Shown: positions 41,804 to 51,874 of the stretch, piece after piece
Layout: each line of letters opens with the position of its first letter
Position numbering within the stretch: the stretch's first letter is position 1
Source of the DNA: Candidatus Bathyarchaeota archaeon
GTDB lineage: Archaea; Thermoproteota; Bathyarchaeia; 40CM-2-53-6
Reading direction: 5' to 3'
DNA: 64,000 nucleotides
NCBI GenBank assembly: GCA_963706285.1
Contig: CAVPLU010000004.1
Coordinates: forward strand, 320,001 to 384,000
Position numbers and translations under genes: made by a program
Notes under the pieces: model-generated
Databases searched by the model: none
What the model was told of the DNA's origin: nothing
What the model saw: only the letters and a program-made list of their open reading frames with translations

Positions 41804-42304
41804 CAGTTAAATGGTTAGAGAAGTAGGCTAGAGTGGGCCACCGTGAGGAAGTCTAGCGCTTCTTTCGTCTCTGTCTGTTTCTTGTGTTGTGGAGTGAACG
41901 CAAACTGAGTGAGCGTGGCGAAGAATGGGATTAGTCAATGAGGTTGTCCGCTCGGATCAGCCGGCAAATGGGTGAGAAGGCAACAGCCCGAAAGACGGAG
42001 CATGACGTCTGCCAAAGTGACCCCGCACGTTTGAAAAATGTGTGAAAAGTCAGAAATGAAAGGGACAAAGACAAGCAAGTAGACCATATCAAGGAACTGG
42101 AAGTCGAAAGAACCCGAGAAGAACGCGGAAGAGCGAGCCAAAAGTTAGGAAGAGGTTTGGAAAAGACGCGGGGGAAGTCGTGGCCGCTTGCCGTAAAGCG
42201 GGGCAGCTGGGGTCCGTCCAGCAGAGAAGAACAGAAAGGTGCTCGCGCAGGTGAAACATCTTATATGGACAGATGGACAGATTCATTCACCGCGGGGAAA
42301 GGTT

Positions 42305-42793
42305 ATGCGAAGGATTCTATTGGAGTCCGTAGCTCTAGTAGTGATAGTAGCCATATCTGCCTCAACGTTTGTTGGAACAGCGGCAGCTACTGTACCCACC
42401 ATCGTCAGCGTTGAGAATACCTCTCGGGTCTCGGGAGGGATATGACTGACAGACGAAATTGCGGTCTATGTGAAGGTTACGATCAATCATCCCGGCCCAA
42501 GTGCTACTCATTACATCGATTGGATAGAGGTTCAGTTTATGGGGGAGACCAAGCAGTACTCCGCAGACTCCGCAAAGTAGCGACTCATTCAGCGTGGAGT
42601 TGTTTTGGACAATCGTATCTGACTTTCAATTGAAGCGAGTAAACCATTGGCCAAGGTTAGGGCACACTGCACCGTAGACGGATGGTCCGCTTGGACAAGC
42701 GGGACCCCTATTCCAGAGTTCCCAGTAGCAACGATCGTGGCTTTCACAGCACTAGCCGCGTCATTGTTCATACTGAGAAGAAAACCTACCTAA
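42305..42793 (+). pseudogene. Frameshifted secreted superoxide-reductase-like domain with PEF-type anchor
   Basis: Signal peptide, INHPGPSATHYIDWIEV, VRAHCTVDGW and IPEFPVATIVAFTALAASLFILRRKPT across at least two frame breaks. Confidence 0.65.
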
Positions 42794-43010
42794 ACGTTCC
42801 CGATTCAGGCTTCTATGTGGCTAGTACAGAGCACATAGGAGTTTGGGCAGTGGGACAGAGACTGTCAGAGGAGAGATGCGACTGACGGATCGCTGATCTG
42901 GACGAGAACCACGAACCTGAGCGTAGGAGCAGTGCCGCATCGGCGGTCGGCAGTTGATGTCGAGCCCTGCAATGCTGTGAAGGAATCCGAGTTGCCGCAC
43001 GTATATGGCT

Positions 43011-44510
43011 CTAACTTCGCTCCCTCTCGACCCATGAGAACTTGCGTTGCAGTGTTTTCGGATAGTATGATTTCCAGTCGAATTCGACTTTCTTGCCCCA
43101 TTGATAGTACAGGCGAGGGTCGATGTAGCTTTTCAGAGAAGTGCCTAGATTGTAATCACGCGTTGCCTTCATTGACTTTATTCTCATTTTCGCTGCTTTG
43201 ACTGCCTCTGCAGATTTCTTCGTCTTTCTAGTTTGAAGCACTTTGAGGTGTTCCGTTTTCTTCGCGAGTGAATTCTCCCAGTTCTTTGGAAGCTTTCGCT
43301 TGTGGTTGCAGATGATGGCGGCTTCAAGATTCGCCATTGTGGCAGTATTCTTCTTGACGTATTCTGGGTCGTCCTTGCTAACTTCAGCGTTCTTTAGGTA
43401 TTCGCCAACGACCTTGGAAGCGTGGTATGTTCTGAATACTTTGGCTGAAACGCCAGGAACGACTTCGCCTAGAAATTCGTTCACGCGGTCTGATCGCACT
43501 CCCTCGAACATGGACGACTGTGCGTTAGCCATGAACTCCTTGAGGTTTTCAACAACCTGCTGGGGTAATTCAACCTCTTTGTACCAGCGTACAGAGTCTT
43601 TGCCGAGGAAATCAAATACGACGTGTCCATTCTCACGTATTTTGATGTGTTCGGGTCTTAGTGTGGTCGCGCCGACAGTATCTGCCTCGTCTTTGTCCTT
43701 CTCGTCACCAACTCGGAGCTTAAGCGCGTCAATAAGATAAGATACTGTGGCGAGCTTTCGCCGTTTGAGATCTTCCGCAGCTAGATTGGCAGAAATGTGA
43801 GCTCGTAAATCGTTGATCTTGCGGTCTAGTGTATTCGCTTTGTCGTACTTCTCGATGTCGCGTTCCTGTTTCACTGAGGACGAGTCTGCTAGCCATACGT
43901 ACTTCTCTTCCCCACGCAGTTTGTCATCCCATTTCGCGACCCACATGGAGTCTGGTTGCCAGATCACCTCTTTCCAGTTGCCTGGAGGTTTGGGCGCGTC
44001 TGGTGAAAGGTTCAGGGTTACGTCAGGTTCGGAGGGGCCTTGTTTCCATTTTCCTCGAAGTGGGTGCTTGCCGCGGCCCATGAAGATGCACGACGGTTCC
44101 GCCATGTAGTTGCCAAGATCGACCTTTTCTCCGTCCACGATCGCCTGACCGTATCTTTCTCTATTTGCTTCTCTGATCGTTTTTCGCTCTGCGGCTAGAC
44201 GTTTCTTCTCCTCCTTTGCCATCGAAAGTTTCTTCGCTCGATCATCTTCAACATACTTGACTACCTCGGTGAAACCAAATTCATTGGGTTTCAACTCGTC
44301 GCTCAATCCAAGAGCCCTGCAGAAGTCTTTGAAGAAGTTCTTGGCAAACACTGGGTCGTCGACGTATTCTGTTCCGAGTTTCCTTACCCAGGCCACAGCC
44401 ATCTCTTCCTGCTGTGGCGTGAGAGAAACGGGTTTCCCATGAATGGTGATCTTGAAGCCTCTCGGCTCATACTTTGGGAACAGGATGCCATTGTGTATCA
44501 GTTGTCTCAT
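43011..44510 (-). CDS. DNA topoisomerase IB (eukaryote-like)
   Basis: FMGRGKHPLRG, LRVGDEK, DTVGATTLR, FLGKDS, AKVFRTY, CNH and catalytic SLKSYIDP. Confidence 0.96.
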   Translation of the reverse strand: MRQLIHNGILFPKYEPRGFKITIHGKPVSLTPQQEEMAVAWVRKLGTEYVDDPVFAKNFFKDFCRALGLSDELKPNEFGFTEVVKYVEDDRAKKLSMAKEEKKRLAAERKTIREANRERYGQAIVDGEKVDLGNYMAEPSCIFMGRGKHPLRGKWKQGPSEPDVTLNLSPDAPKPPGNWKEVIWQPDSMWVAKWDDKLRGEEKYVWLADSSSVKQERDIEKYDKANTLDRKINDLRAHISANLAAEDLKRRKLATVSYLIDALKLRVGDEKDKDEADTVGATTLRPEHIKIRENGHVVFDFLGKDSVRWYKEVELPQQVVENLKEFMANAQSSMFEGVRSDRVNEFLGEVVPGVSAKVFRTYHASKVVGEYLKNAEVSKDDPEYVKKNTATMANLEAAIICNHKRKLPKNWENSLAKKTEHLKVLQTRKTKKSAEAVKAAKMRIKSMKATRDYNLGTSLKSYIDPRLYYQWGKKVEFDWKSYYPKTLQRKFSWVERERS

Positions 44511-44723
44511 CTACCTACCTCCTTGGTGTTGCTTGACCCATTGGAATTCAGAATCCAGCTTTTTTTCCGATCAGATTTTTCGGCCCTAGGAGCGCAAGAG
44601 GGTCATTAAAAGTCATCTCTATGATCCTCGGCATGGTCGGAGAAGACCTGCCAAGTGAGTTGTGGAAGATATGCCGGGTAATCGTCAGCTTGTGGTGCAA
44701 CGCCATAGCGTTCGTCTTTCGCT

Positions 44724-45908
44724 CTAGCTAGGGTTCAGCTTCGCGTGATCGACGACTGAATCCAGTACAGCGAGATGGCGGTTAGAGTCATACTTCCATC
44801 CGCCCTTTTCGAAGAGTTCAAAGGATATTGACTGGCGAGACTGTGCCTCGGGTCTGATTCTGACTGCGGAATAGTCGCTTACTTCGCCCGACCTCGCCAG
44901 TTTTGAAAACATCTCAAAGAGCCTTCCGGTCTCGCTACGTGGGGTGTAGGTCCTCACGCCTATCTTCCTCTCACCCAAAACCTTCACTGTGCGGAAGACT
45001 GGAAACATCTCCTCAGATGCTCCAAAGAAAGCGTTCATGCCTTCCTCATCCTCGAAACTGACGAGAACCTCGTACATGTCCGAAAGTTCCGGTGGGTGAG
45101 GCCACACGTTAATGACGAAGTCTTTGATGAGGCCTCGTGGGAGAATCCGCTTGTCGTACCGATACTTGACAGCTTGAAGCGTGATTCCCAAGTTCTTCGA
45201 AATCTCCGAGAACTTGGTTCGAGCGTCGTTCTCAAGTTCCGCCAAAATCAGCAGATCTGTCCTATCTGCGTCGATTGAGTAGTGTGAGGCATCATGAATC
45301 GGCTTAAGGTGGACTTTGTCTTCGATCGAGCTGATCCATCTGTCCCACTCGAACGTCCACGTACAATCTGCTGGGTCGTATAGCTGGAAGTTCGGAAATC
45401 CGTAGTGATAGTCCGATACCCACAATATCTCGTGCTTTCGAACCAGCCCTCTCTCTTGAGTCTCGTCAAGGTACTTTTCGAACTCACGATCGTGGCCTTC
45501 AGGAACGGCATGAAGTGCGTAATGAGTGAATCCGCCCTCGCATCTAGTGATAGTCTTCCAGTAGTTCGGAATTGCGAGAGCTTCGGTCACCGACTCCTCC
45601 AGACCTGGATTTGATTCGACAAGTGTGATGCACTTCCGCAGCCCCAGCCTCGAGTGATCGAGGTTAACTATTGAGAGCGTTCCAAACTGTTCCTCAAGCC
45701 TCCGAGCGCGATCGTACACGCTTGTTGGAGGCATCCCCGCGACCCTCGCAATTTCAAGAAGGTTTCGGGGACCAATCTTATGCATCAGTGTTAAGATGCG
45801 GATGTTCGTTTCATCAAGGGCATACATCAACTTGCCCATACGTCGGAGCCGCTGCTCAGCCGAAAGCCTCTCAATTGGCCCCGAGACCCGCATCCCGAAT
45901 ACACTCAT
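44724..45908 (-). CDS. Tandem Lrp/AsnC-like wHTH transcriptional regulator
   Basis: Two HTH units (LDETNIRIL...LEIARVAG and DRTDLLILAELENDARTKFSEISKNLG). Start uncertain. Confidence 0.8.
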   Translation of the reverse strand: MSVFGMRVSGPIERLSAEQRLRRMGKLMYALDETNIRILTLMHKIGPRNLLEIARVAGMPPTSVYDRARRLEEQFGTLSIVNLDHSRLGLRKCITLVESNPGLEESVTEALAIPNYWKTITRCEGGFTHYALHAVPEGHDREFEKYLDETQERGLVRKHEILWVSDYHYGFPNFQLYDPADCTWTFEWDRWISSIEDKVHLKPIHDASHYSIDADRTDLLILAELENDARTKFSEISKNLGITLQAVKYRYDKRILPRGLIKDFVINVWPHPPELSDMYEVLVSFEDEEGMNAFFGASEEMFPVFRTVKVLGERKIGVRTYTPRSETGRLFEMFSKLARSGEVSDYSAVRIRPEAQSRQSISFELFEKGGWKYDSNRHLAVLDSVVDHAKLNPS

Positions 45909-46129
45909 TGTAGATTCCACGCCTTCCCTTATGAAACCTCCGAAACTCGTCAAGCAGCCCCACTGGAGGTCCGCTGACGAGCGTCAGCTGAGTCTAATCC
46001 CAGCCGCCCGGTCCAGCACCGCGACCCATGACATTACACCTGCCATGTACATCCATGGTCGGTCTTATTTTATAATTTACGGAGGCTTGTGCATGTTGGT
46101 GTATATCTTTAAGAACGTCTATCCTCCGT

Positions 46130-46594
46130 GTGGACAAGGAGAGTGTCAGAACCTTCCTGGGCCCTTCCAAGCCTCACTCCTCTGCATCGAAAGGTGAAAT
46201 CTCAGTCATGACTACTGCAACCCGAGGGGCGTATTCCAGCGCAGAATATGCATTCCAGGCGCTTCTGCACGACTCGGTGACAGAGGTATTCAGCGGGACT
46301 CTTGGCAAGATTGCAGGTGAGGCCCTCCTCGAAGCGATCAAGAAACATGCGCCTTCGGAGGGTGAGGATCCACTGGAAAAACCGGAACTTCTAGACCAGA
46401 TGTTGATCGCACACCTGGGCTTAGTCGCGCAGGTCTTGGAACGAAGGATCCTGAGAACGCTTGGGACCAAGACTGCGACTGCAGCATCATTGCGCGAGAA
46501 TGAGCGTATCGATTTCCCATTAGAAGTTGAGAAGATCAGAAAGCAGTTCCTGAAACGTAAACAGGCAGCAGACCGGCCGCAAGCGGTGGAATGA
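46130..46594 (+). CDS. Hypothetical helical protein
   Basis: 154-aa ORF divergent from the regulator; no motif recognised. Confidence 0.55.
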   Translation: MDKESVRTFLGPSKPHSSASKGEISVMTTATRGAYSSAEYAFQALLHDSVTEVFSGTLGKIAGEALLEAIKKHAPSEGEDPLEKPELLDQMLIAHLGLVAQVLERRILRTLGTKTATAASLRENERIDFPLEVEKIRKQFLKRKQAADRPQAVE

Positions 46595-46741
46595 CGAAAA
46601 CTATCAATTCTGCGCTGAGATTTCTTCACCAGAACTGGCCGAGACTCGTACTTGAGATTGGCCGAGATGACAACGATCCTCAACCTTGACTCCGGAACGC
46701 CTCCAGATAATACCTCCCACATCTCGAACACCACTCTTGTT

Positions 46742-48028
46742 ATGAACACGGAAGAATCTTCGAAAGAGGTGAAGGGTTTCTCGGCTGCCAGAGGGAGAAT
46801 TCAGATCCCCCTTGTTCTGTTGGGGATGGCTCTCTTGATCGTGAATCTTGGGTTTGGGATGTTCACACCGATCCTACCGCAATATGCGAGCCTGCTCGGA
46901 ATCGATGCTACAGTTCTCAGCTACGTGTACTCGCTCTACAACGTGGCATTGATCGTCTGTCTGATCCCAGCAGGGATCATGGCAGATCGTCTAGGCCGAG
47001 TGAAGACGATTGTGATTGGCATGATACTATTCGCTGTCTCTTCACTCATGCTTGCGTTTGTCAAGGACCTGATACAATTCGCAATCGCGCGGACAATCGA
47101 AGGCGTTGGGTCAGCTCTGGCGACCCCGGCTGTTTTCGCGTTGACCGCCGATCTAGCGCCAACTGATCGAAGAGGAAGTGGAATGGGTTTCACGGCGACA
47201 CTCGAAACCGTCGGAAACTTAGCGAGCCCCACCGTAGGTGGGCTAATTGCACAGACCTTCGGGCTAACGGTTCCCTTCTATGCGGCTTTCTTGTTGGCCC
47301 TATTGTCGGCAGTCTTTGTTCTTCCAATCAAAGATCGAGCGCGAGCCGTTGACTCTTCGCCGTCAGTATCGTCTCCTCTTGCAGCCTACAGATCACTACG
47401 CCGAAACCTCTTGGAGAACAGAAGCCTACCGACACTCTGCTTCAGAGGGTTCATCATAGGCATCACCCAAGGACTCTACGTGCTCATTTTCGTGCTATAC
47501 ATGTCGTTCAAACTGGGCATGGCACCGGTACAGATCGGATTCGCATTCAGCCTCATCAGCGGGTCAATTCTAGCATTCACTTTCTTTGCGGGACACTTCT
47601 CAGACAGATACGGAAGAAAGCCCTTCGTGATCTTGGGCGGAATCATCATTGCCTCAGGAGTTATTGCGTTCTCTTTCACGAATTCGTTGTTGGAAGTCTA
47701 CTTGGTCTGCCTCGTTCTCGGACTTGGAGTGGCTCTGAATAATGCACCCATAAACGCGCTTCTCGCCGACAGCATAATTCCGGATATTCGAGCGAAGGTA
47801 ATGGGAGGCTACGAAGTGATCGTTTCACTCGGGCGAACGCTCGGCCTCTTACTGCTCGGAGGCTTGTACGTGATGTCAGTCGCAGCGCCGTTCTACATAA
47901 TTGGAGCTTCCATGCTCCTGACAGTCGTGCTCGTTGCATTCTTTGTTAGAGAACCAATTATGAAACACGCGAAAGGATCTGCAGACCTGGGAGAAACGTT
48001 AGGGACGATCGAAGAGTTGCGAGCATAG
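46742..48028 (+). CDS. MFS transporter
   Basis: About 12 TM helices, with motif A twice (GIMADRLGR, GHFSDRYGRK). Confidence 0.93.
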   Translation: MNTEESSKEVKGFSAARGRIQIPLVLLGMALLIVNLGFGMFTPILPQYASLLGIDATVLSYVYSLYNVALIVCLIPAGIMADRLGRVKTIVIGMILFAVSSLMLAFVKDLIQFAIARTIEGVGSALATPAVFALTADLAPTDRRGSGMGFTATLETVGNLASPTVGGLIAQTFGLTVPFYAAFLLALLSAVFVLPIKDRARAVDSSPSVSSPLAAYRSLRRNLLENRSLPTLCFRGFIIGITQGLYVLIFVLYMSFKLGMAPVQIGFAFSLISGSILAFTFFAGHFSDRYGRKPFVILGGIIIASGVIAFSFTNSLLEVYLVCLVLGLGVALNNAPINALLADSIIPDIRAKVMGGYEVIVSLGRTLGLLLLGGLYVMSVAAPFYIIGASMLLTVVLVAFFVREPIMKHAKGSADLGETLGTIEELRA

Positions 48029-48096
48029 CAATAGATCGAGGAGCATCCCGTAAGCTTGATCTTAAAGAGAGACAAGTCTTGTTTACGATGTGATGT

Positions 48097-48189
48097 GCCT
48101 CGGTAGCTCAGCCGGTAGATGTCACAGCAGCCAAGAGCACCCGCCTCGTAAGCGGGAGGTCGCGGGATCGAAGCCCGCCCGAGGCTCCA
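48097..48189 (+). tRNA. tRNA-Thr(CGT) with a 17-nt intron at about 22/23
   Basis: GCCTCGG/CCGAGGC acceptor, CCCGC-CTCGTAA-GCGGG arm, CCA. Intron 48119-48135 with a relaxed BHB. Confidence 0.9.
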
Positions 48190-48230
48190 TCTCTCATCTC
48201 ATCTTGAAAGTAAAGCGTTCTCAGCGGTAC

Positions 48231-48440
48231 CTATTCCTTGGCTTTGAGTTTTCGCCCGCACGAGCCGCAGAACTTTGCATAATGTGGATTGACTTGGCTG
48301 CAATAGGAACACGTTGCCGCCAGCAGCGAGTTACCACAGTCATAGCAGAACTTGTTGAGGTTTGGGTTGCCCACGCCACACTTGTTACAGAAAACCATGT
48401 TTGAGATAGCAGGTTTCTCTTCCATCACAAAATCCTCCAT
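48231..48440 (-). CDS. Double zinc-ribbon protein
   Basis: Four CxxC pairs (CNKC, CYDC, CSYC, CGSC). Confidence 0.8.
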   Translation of the reverse strand: MEDFVMEEKPAISNMVFCNKCGVGNPNLNKFCYDCGNSLLAATCSYCSQVNPHYAKFCGSCGRKLKAKE

Positions 48441-48768
48441 ATGGCTTTGTTCTCAGGCTCTATCCTGTCATTAGGTTGCTTTTTCCGTTTTCCCTCGTGG
48501 CCTCGAGTGTTGGTTCTCCCAGGCGTCCATCTGGTAATGATCTCTTTCCCCTCAAGACTTGAGGTGTAAACGCCTTGACTGGATCATGACTGAACAATGA
48601 ACATATGTCCCAAGAACGAATGAGTGTTGACCCATGTGAGTAACGAAATTCCGCGATCTAAGGGCGAAATTGGTGACGGATTTGTCGCATTCGTGACCGC
48701 AATGTAAATGAGTGAAGCCCCCATACCGTTTCGCGTGGATATCTCAGCGACTGAGTGTGACATTAGAC

Positions 48769-48969
48769 ATGGCACGTGAAGCAAAGGAAAGCGACTATTC
48801 TGACGATGAAATCGAGCAGATCTTCGGTATGGGAGGCGCCGAGACTAAAGTTGTTTTGAAGGAGATTCGCGAGACCATGAGAGAAAACCCTCTCCTTGTT
48901 GCGGCCCTCGTCTTTGCGCTCGGCATCTTGGTTGGAGCGAGCATCAGTCACGGTCACAAGAGATCCTGA
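48769..48969 (+). CDS. ElaB/YqjD (DUF883)-like tail-anchored protein
   Basis: MRENPLLVAALVFALGILVG followed by a basic tail. Confidence 0.65.
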   Translation: MAREAKESDYSDDEIEQIFGMGGAETKVVLKEIRETMRENPLLVAALVFALGILVGASISHGHKRS

Positions 48970-49034
48970 CAGTCAAATACCCATGCGTTAGGTTCTTATC
49001 CGCCGTGAACACGTGAAGTCATCAGGGATCATTC

Positions 49035-49256
49035 TTGGCAAGAGACAAAGAAGCTGAAGAAATGAGAGCCATGGAAGATGACTACAAGGCTCTCAAGAAG
49101 GACCTGGATGCACGCTATGTAGAGCTCCGAGATCAGGTCAAGACTTTGCAGCAGAAGACCGCGAAGACGGTCACAGAGCGCCCACTCTTAGCGCTTGGGA
49201 TCGCTTTTGTGGTGGGAATGGCATTCGGGGTCGCATTGTCCGGGTCCAGAGACTAG
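49035..49256 (+). CDS. ElaB/YqjD (DUF883)-like tail-anchored protein
   Basis: Coiled coil then VTERPLLALGIAFVVGMAFG. Confidence 0.7.
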   Translation: MARDKEAEEMRAMEDDYKALKKDLDARYVELRDQVKTLQQKTAKTVTERPLLALGIAFVVGMAFGVALSGSRD

Positions 49257-49265
49257 GCGTAGCCG

Positions 49266-49565
49266 ATGTCAGAAGACACCAAGTCGTCGCTAATCGAGAC
49301 CGTAGTCAGGACACTGGCCCAGCGAACTATGGGCACTGTCACGAAATATGTCGAACGTGCGATCAAACGAACCCTTCGTTTAGCCGGGTTATACGCGGTA
49401 GGGATACTCGTTGCCATCATTGGTCTGGTTTTCTGGGCAATCGGAGTTGTGAAGTGGCTGGCTATGATAGTGCCGAGCTGGCTGGCTTGGCTAATAGTGG
49501 GAATAGTCATGCTTCTAGTTGGTATGGTTATCGTTTTGGCCGCATCTCTTGCTTCAAGAAGCTAG
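49266..49565 (+). CDS. YqjE/holin-like two-TM protein
   Basis: Amphipathic helix and two TMs, WLAWLIVG; follows the DUF883-like genes. Confidence 0.6.
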   Translation: MSEDTKSSLIETVVRTLAQRTMGTVTKYVERAIKRTLRLAGLYAVGILVAIIGLVFWAIGVVKWLAMIVPSWLAWLIVGIVMLLVGMVIVLAASLASRS

Positions 49566-49684
49566 GATCGTGAGCAGCGTCCCCGAATGAGTATGGCGAG
49601 AACCCGATCTGCAATATCAAGACAATGCTCATTGAGACCGATTCGGACTCTTTTTATTGAGATATTGCGTTCTGATCGCACAAT

Positions 49685-49814
49685 GGGGTCGTGGGCTAGA
49701 CGCCGTCTGCGTTCTAGGCGGCGGGCTTACCTGGTCTACGCTTCGCGGCTTGGGAGATTCCAGGAAATCCAGGAGCCCGCGAGGTCGTGGGTTCAAATCC
49801 CACCGACCCCACCA
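49685..49814 (+). tRNA. tRNA-Pro(TGG) with introns at 15/16 and 37/38
   Basis: GGGGTCG/CGACCCC acceptor and CCA. Introns 49700-49729 and 49755-49775. Confidence 0.9.
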
Positions 49815-49857
49815 ACAGGGGGCCCCGCCGCCACCAACTAAGAATCACTCCAGACTC

Positions 49858-50796
49858 TTAGCGCCCTGCCAACCGAGCGCCACATTCTTGGCAGTAGATG
49901 CTATTGCTTGGGGTCTTGGCTCCACAGTGCATGCAGAACTTCGTTGATATTGCAGGTGCGGTCGCTGACGAAACAGCCTTGATTGCGGGCTGAGTGGTCA
50001 CTCCAGTAGGAGCTGGCGGGGCGGCTTTCCCTCTTTTCATGAGCAGTAATGCAGCGACTACTGCTACAACCACGATTGCACCCAAAGCCAAAAGCAACCT
50101 GTAGTCCATCCACGATTGAACATTCGTCCAATCAGAAGAAGTAGTTCGAGTAGTGGTTGGACTGGATGTAGTGCTCACGCTGGTTAGGGTAGTCTCTTGT
50201 GTTGAATAGGCAGTGCTCTCAGTCGTCAGGGTAGTAAGTTGCGTCGAATAGACTGTGCGCACGCTCGTTCTTGTGGATTGTGTCTCCCGTACGCCTGCAT
50301 CAACGTTGAAAACGATCTTGGCAGCACGATATTTGTCAGCATTCATGAAGATAAAGGGGTATTTTCCGCTGGATGGTATCTGCGCTGTGAAGTCAGCTGA
50401 ACCAGACTTGAAAACAAACAACTTGTCCACGCCCCTGAAACCCCATTCTTCATCGCAGCCTTCAAGGGCCTTCCATCTCGCATAGTCATCTGGCGTGAGC
50501 AACCAGAAGGTCACAGAGTCCCCAGCCGTGGTGTACGAAATATGCACTTGCCCTGCTGTAAGGTTCATACTGCCAAAAAAGTAGGATGCACAGTTCACTT
50601 GACCTGCAGCAGGAAGATCTATCACCTGCCCCTTTACAAGCCAAACGGTGCTGCTTGTCCTTGTCACAGATAATTCAGTAGTAGTGTAGGGCAGGACTGT
50701 CGTTAGCGTCACAGTCTGCGAACTCTCATTGTAATCCGAGTACGAGAGACCAGTTCCAAGAACCGCAGAGCAAAATCGCCAACGCAACGAGCACAC
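49858..50796 (-). CDS. Thr/Ser-rich membrane protein with C-terminal zinc ribbon
   Basis: Thr-rich linkers, one TM, FCMHCG...YCQECG. The 5' end looks damaged. Confidence 0.7.
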   Translation of the reverse strand: MCSLRWRFCSAVLGTGLSYSDYNESSQTVTLTTVLPYTTTELSVTRTSSTVWLVKGQVIDLPAAGQVNCASYFFGSMNLTAGQVHISYTTAGDSVTFWLLTPDDYARWKALEGCDEEWGFRGVDKLFVFKSGSADFTAQIPSSGKYPFIFMNADKYRAAKIVFNVDAGVRETQSTRTSVRTVYSTQLTTLTTESTAYSTQETTLTSVSTTSSPTTTRTTSSDWTNVQSWMDYRLLLALGAIVVVAVVAALLLMKRGKAAPPAPTGVTTQPAIKAVSSATAPAISTKFCMHCGAKTPSNSIYCQECGARLAGR

Positions 50797-51261
50797 TGGC
50801 AGTCTTCATCTCAGAACCAGCTTACGATTCACATTGAGTCATTCAGAGTATAGCTCTTGTCATTCCGCAACTTACACAGGATGCTCCGCTAGAAACCCGG
50901 AATTCGAGGCCACCAACCCGTCCAAGACCCCTACTCCAATCTCGTCATCTGAGCGTAGAAGAAAGCGAACAAACCCCTCCCGATCCAGATGTTCCCGTAG
51001 AACACAGCTCCAAGAAAAACCATGTCACCAAAAATACGGCCCGTGACTATCCAGTTCGCCTCAATCACCATCTATCATGATGACTATGCGAACCCATATT
51101 CCCTATGGGTTTGAGCATACAATGTTTGGATGCCAAGGGAATTTTTGATGTCAGATGCAGATGAAAGACGAGAAGAGATTCGGGAAGGTGATTCGCCAGT
51201 AGCTTATGGTCTGGTGGTTCTTTGAAGGAGACCGATGTTTCGTGGAACGACGCAGAGACGA

Positions 51262-51288
51262 GTGGGTTCAGATCCCGCTGACCCCACC
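51262..51288 (+). repeat. Degenerate copy of the tRNA-Pro 3' end (att-like)
   Basis: GTGGGTTCAGATCCCGCTGACCCCACC against 49787-49813 GTGGGTTCAAATCCCACCGACCCCACC, 24 of 27 identical. Confidence 0.7.
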
Positions 51289-51613
51289 GAGCAATATTGC
51301 GTCGCACGAAAGCGCAGGGGCAAACACAGCATATCGTTCCGCATCGCGCCTTTACGGGGGCAAATGAGAGCGTTCTCGTTGGCAATAATGCGTGATCCGT
51401 ATGTCGGGTTGTATTAGTCGCCGAGGCTTCTTTGAAGACATTGCCTGCGAGACTGGTGAATCATAGTCAAGATCAAGATCATCGAACACTCTTGCACATT
51501 CTTGAGGCATGACCTTGACCAGGAATCATGGTATGGTTGCACTTCAGATATCGCTCAACGTTGTTGCCTGTGGATTCGACAGGAAGAACAAGGGAAGTTG
51601 TCATTGTCATTAG

Positions 51614-51726
51614 TGGTGGACCGGGCGGGATTCGGACCCGCGACCTTCCGGTTCCTCGGGCAAAGCCTTGCGAACCGGACGTTCTTCGGCCCCATCCAAG
51701 GGCATACCAGGCTGAACTACCGGCCC
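51614..51726 (-). tRNA. tRNA-Ala(CGC) with introns at 21/22 and 37/38
   Basis: G3:U70 acceptor GGGCCGG/CCGGTCC and CCA. Introns 51685-51703 and 51653-51668. Confidence 0.92.
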
Positions 51727-51874
51727 AACGTATCGTCAGAAGTGAGGCTGCGCTCTCGCTAATAGCGATTTCTCGATACCTCTTAAGGCAATACGAAGCT
51801 GGCGATCGATTCAGATATCTCCCGGCTTCAGAGACAAGTCTTTAAGCAAACTTGGAAGCTAGCTCCCGCAAAGT

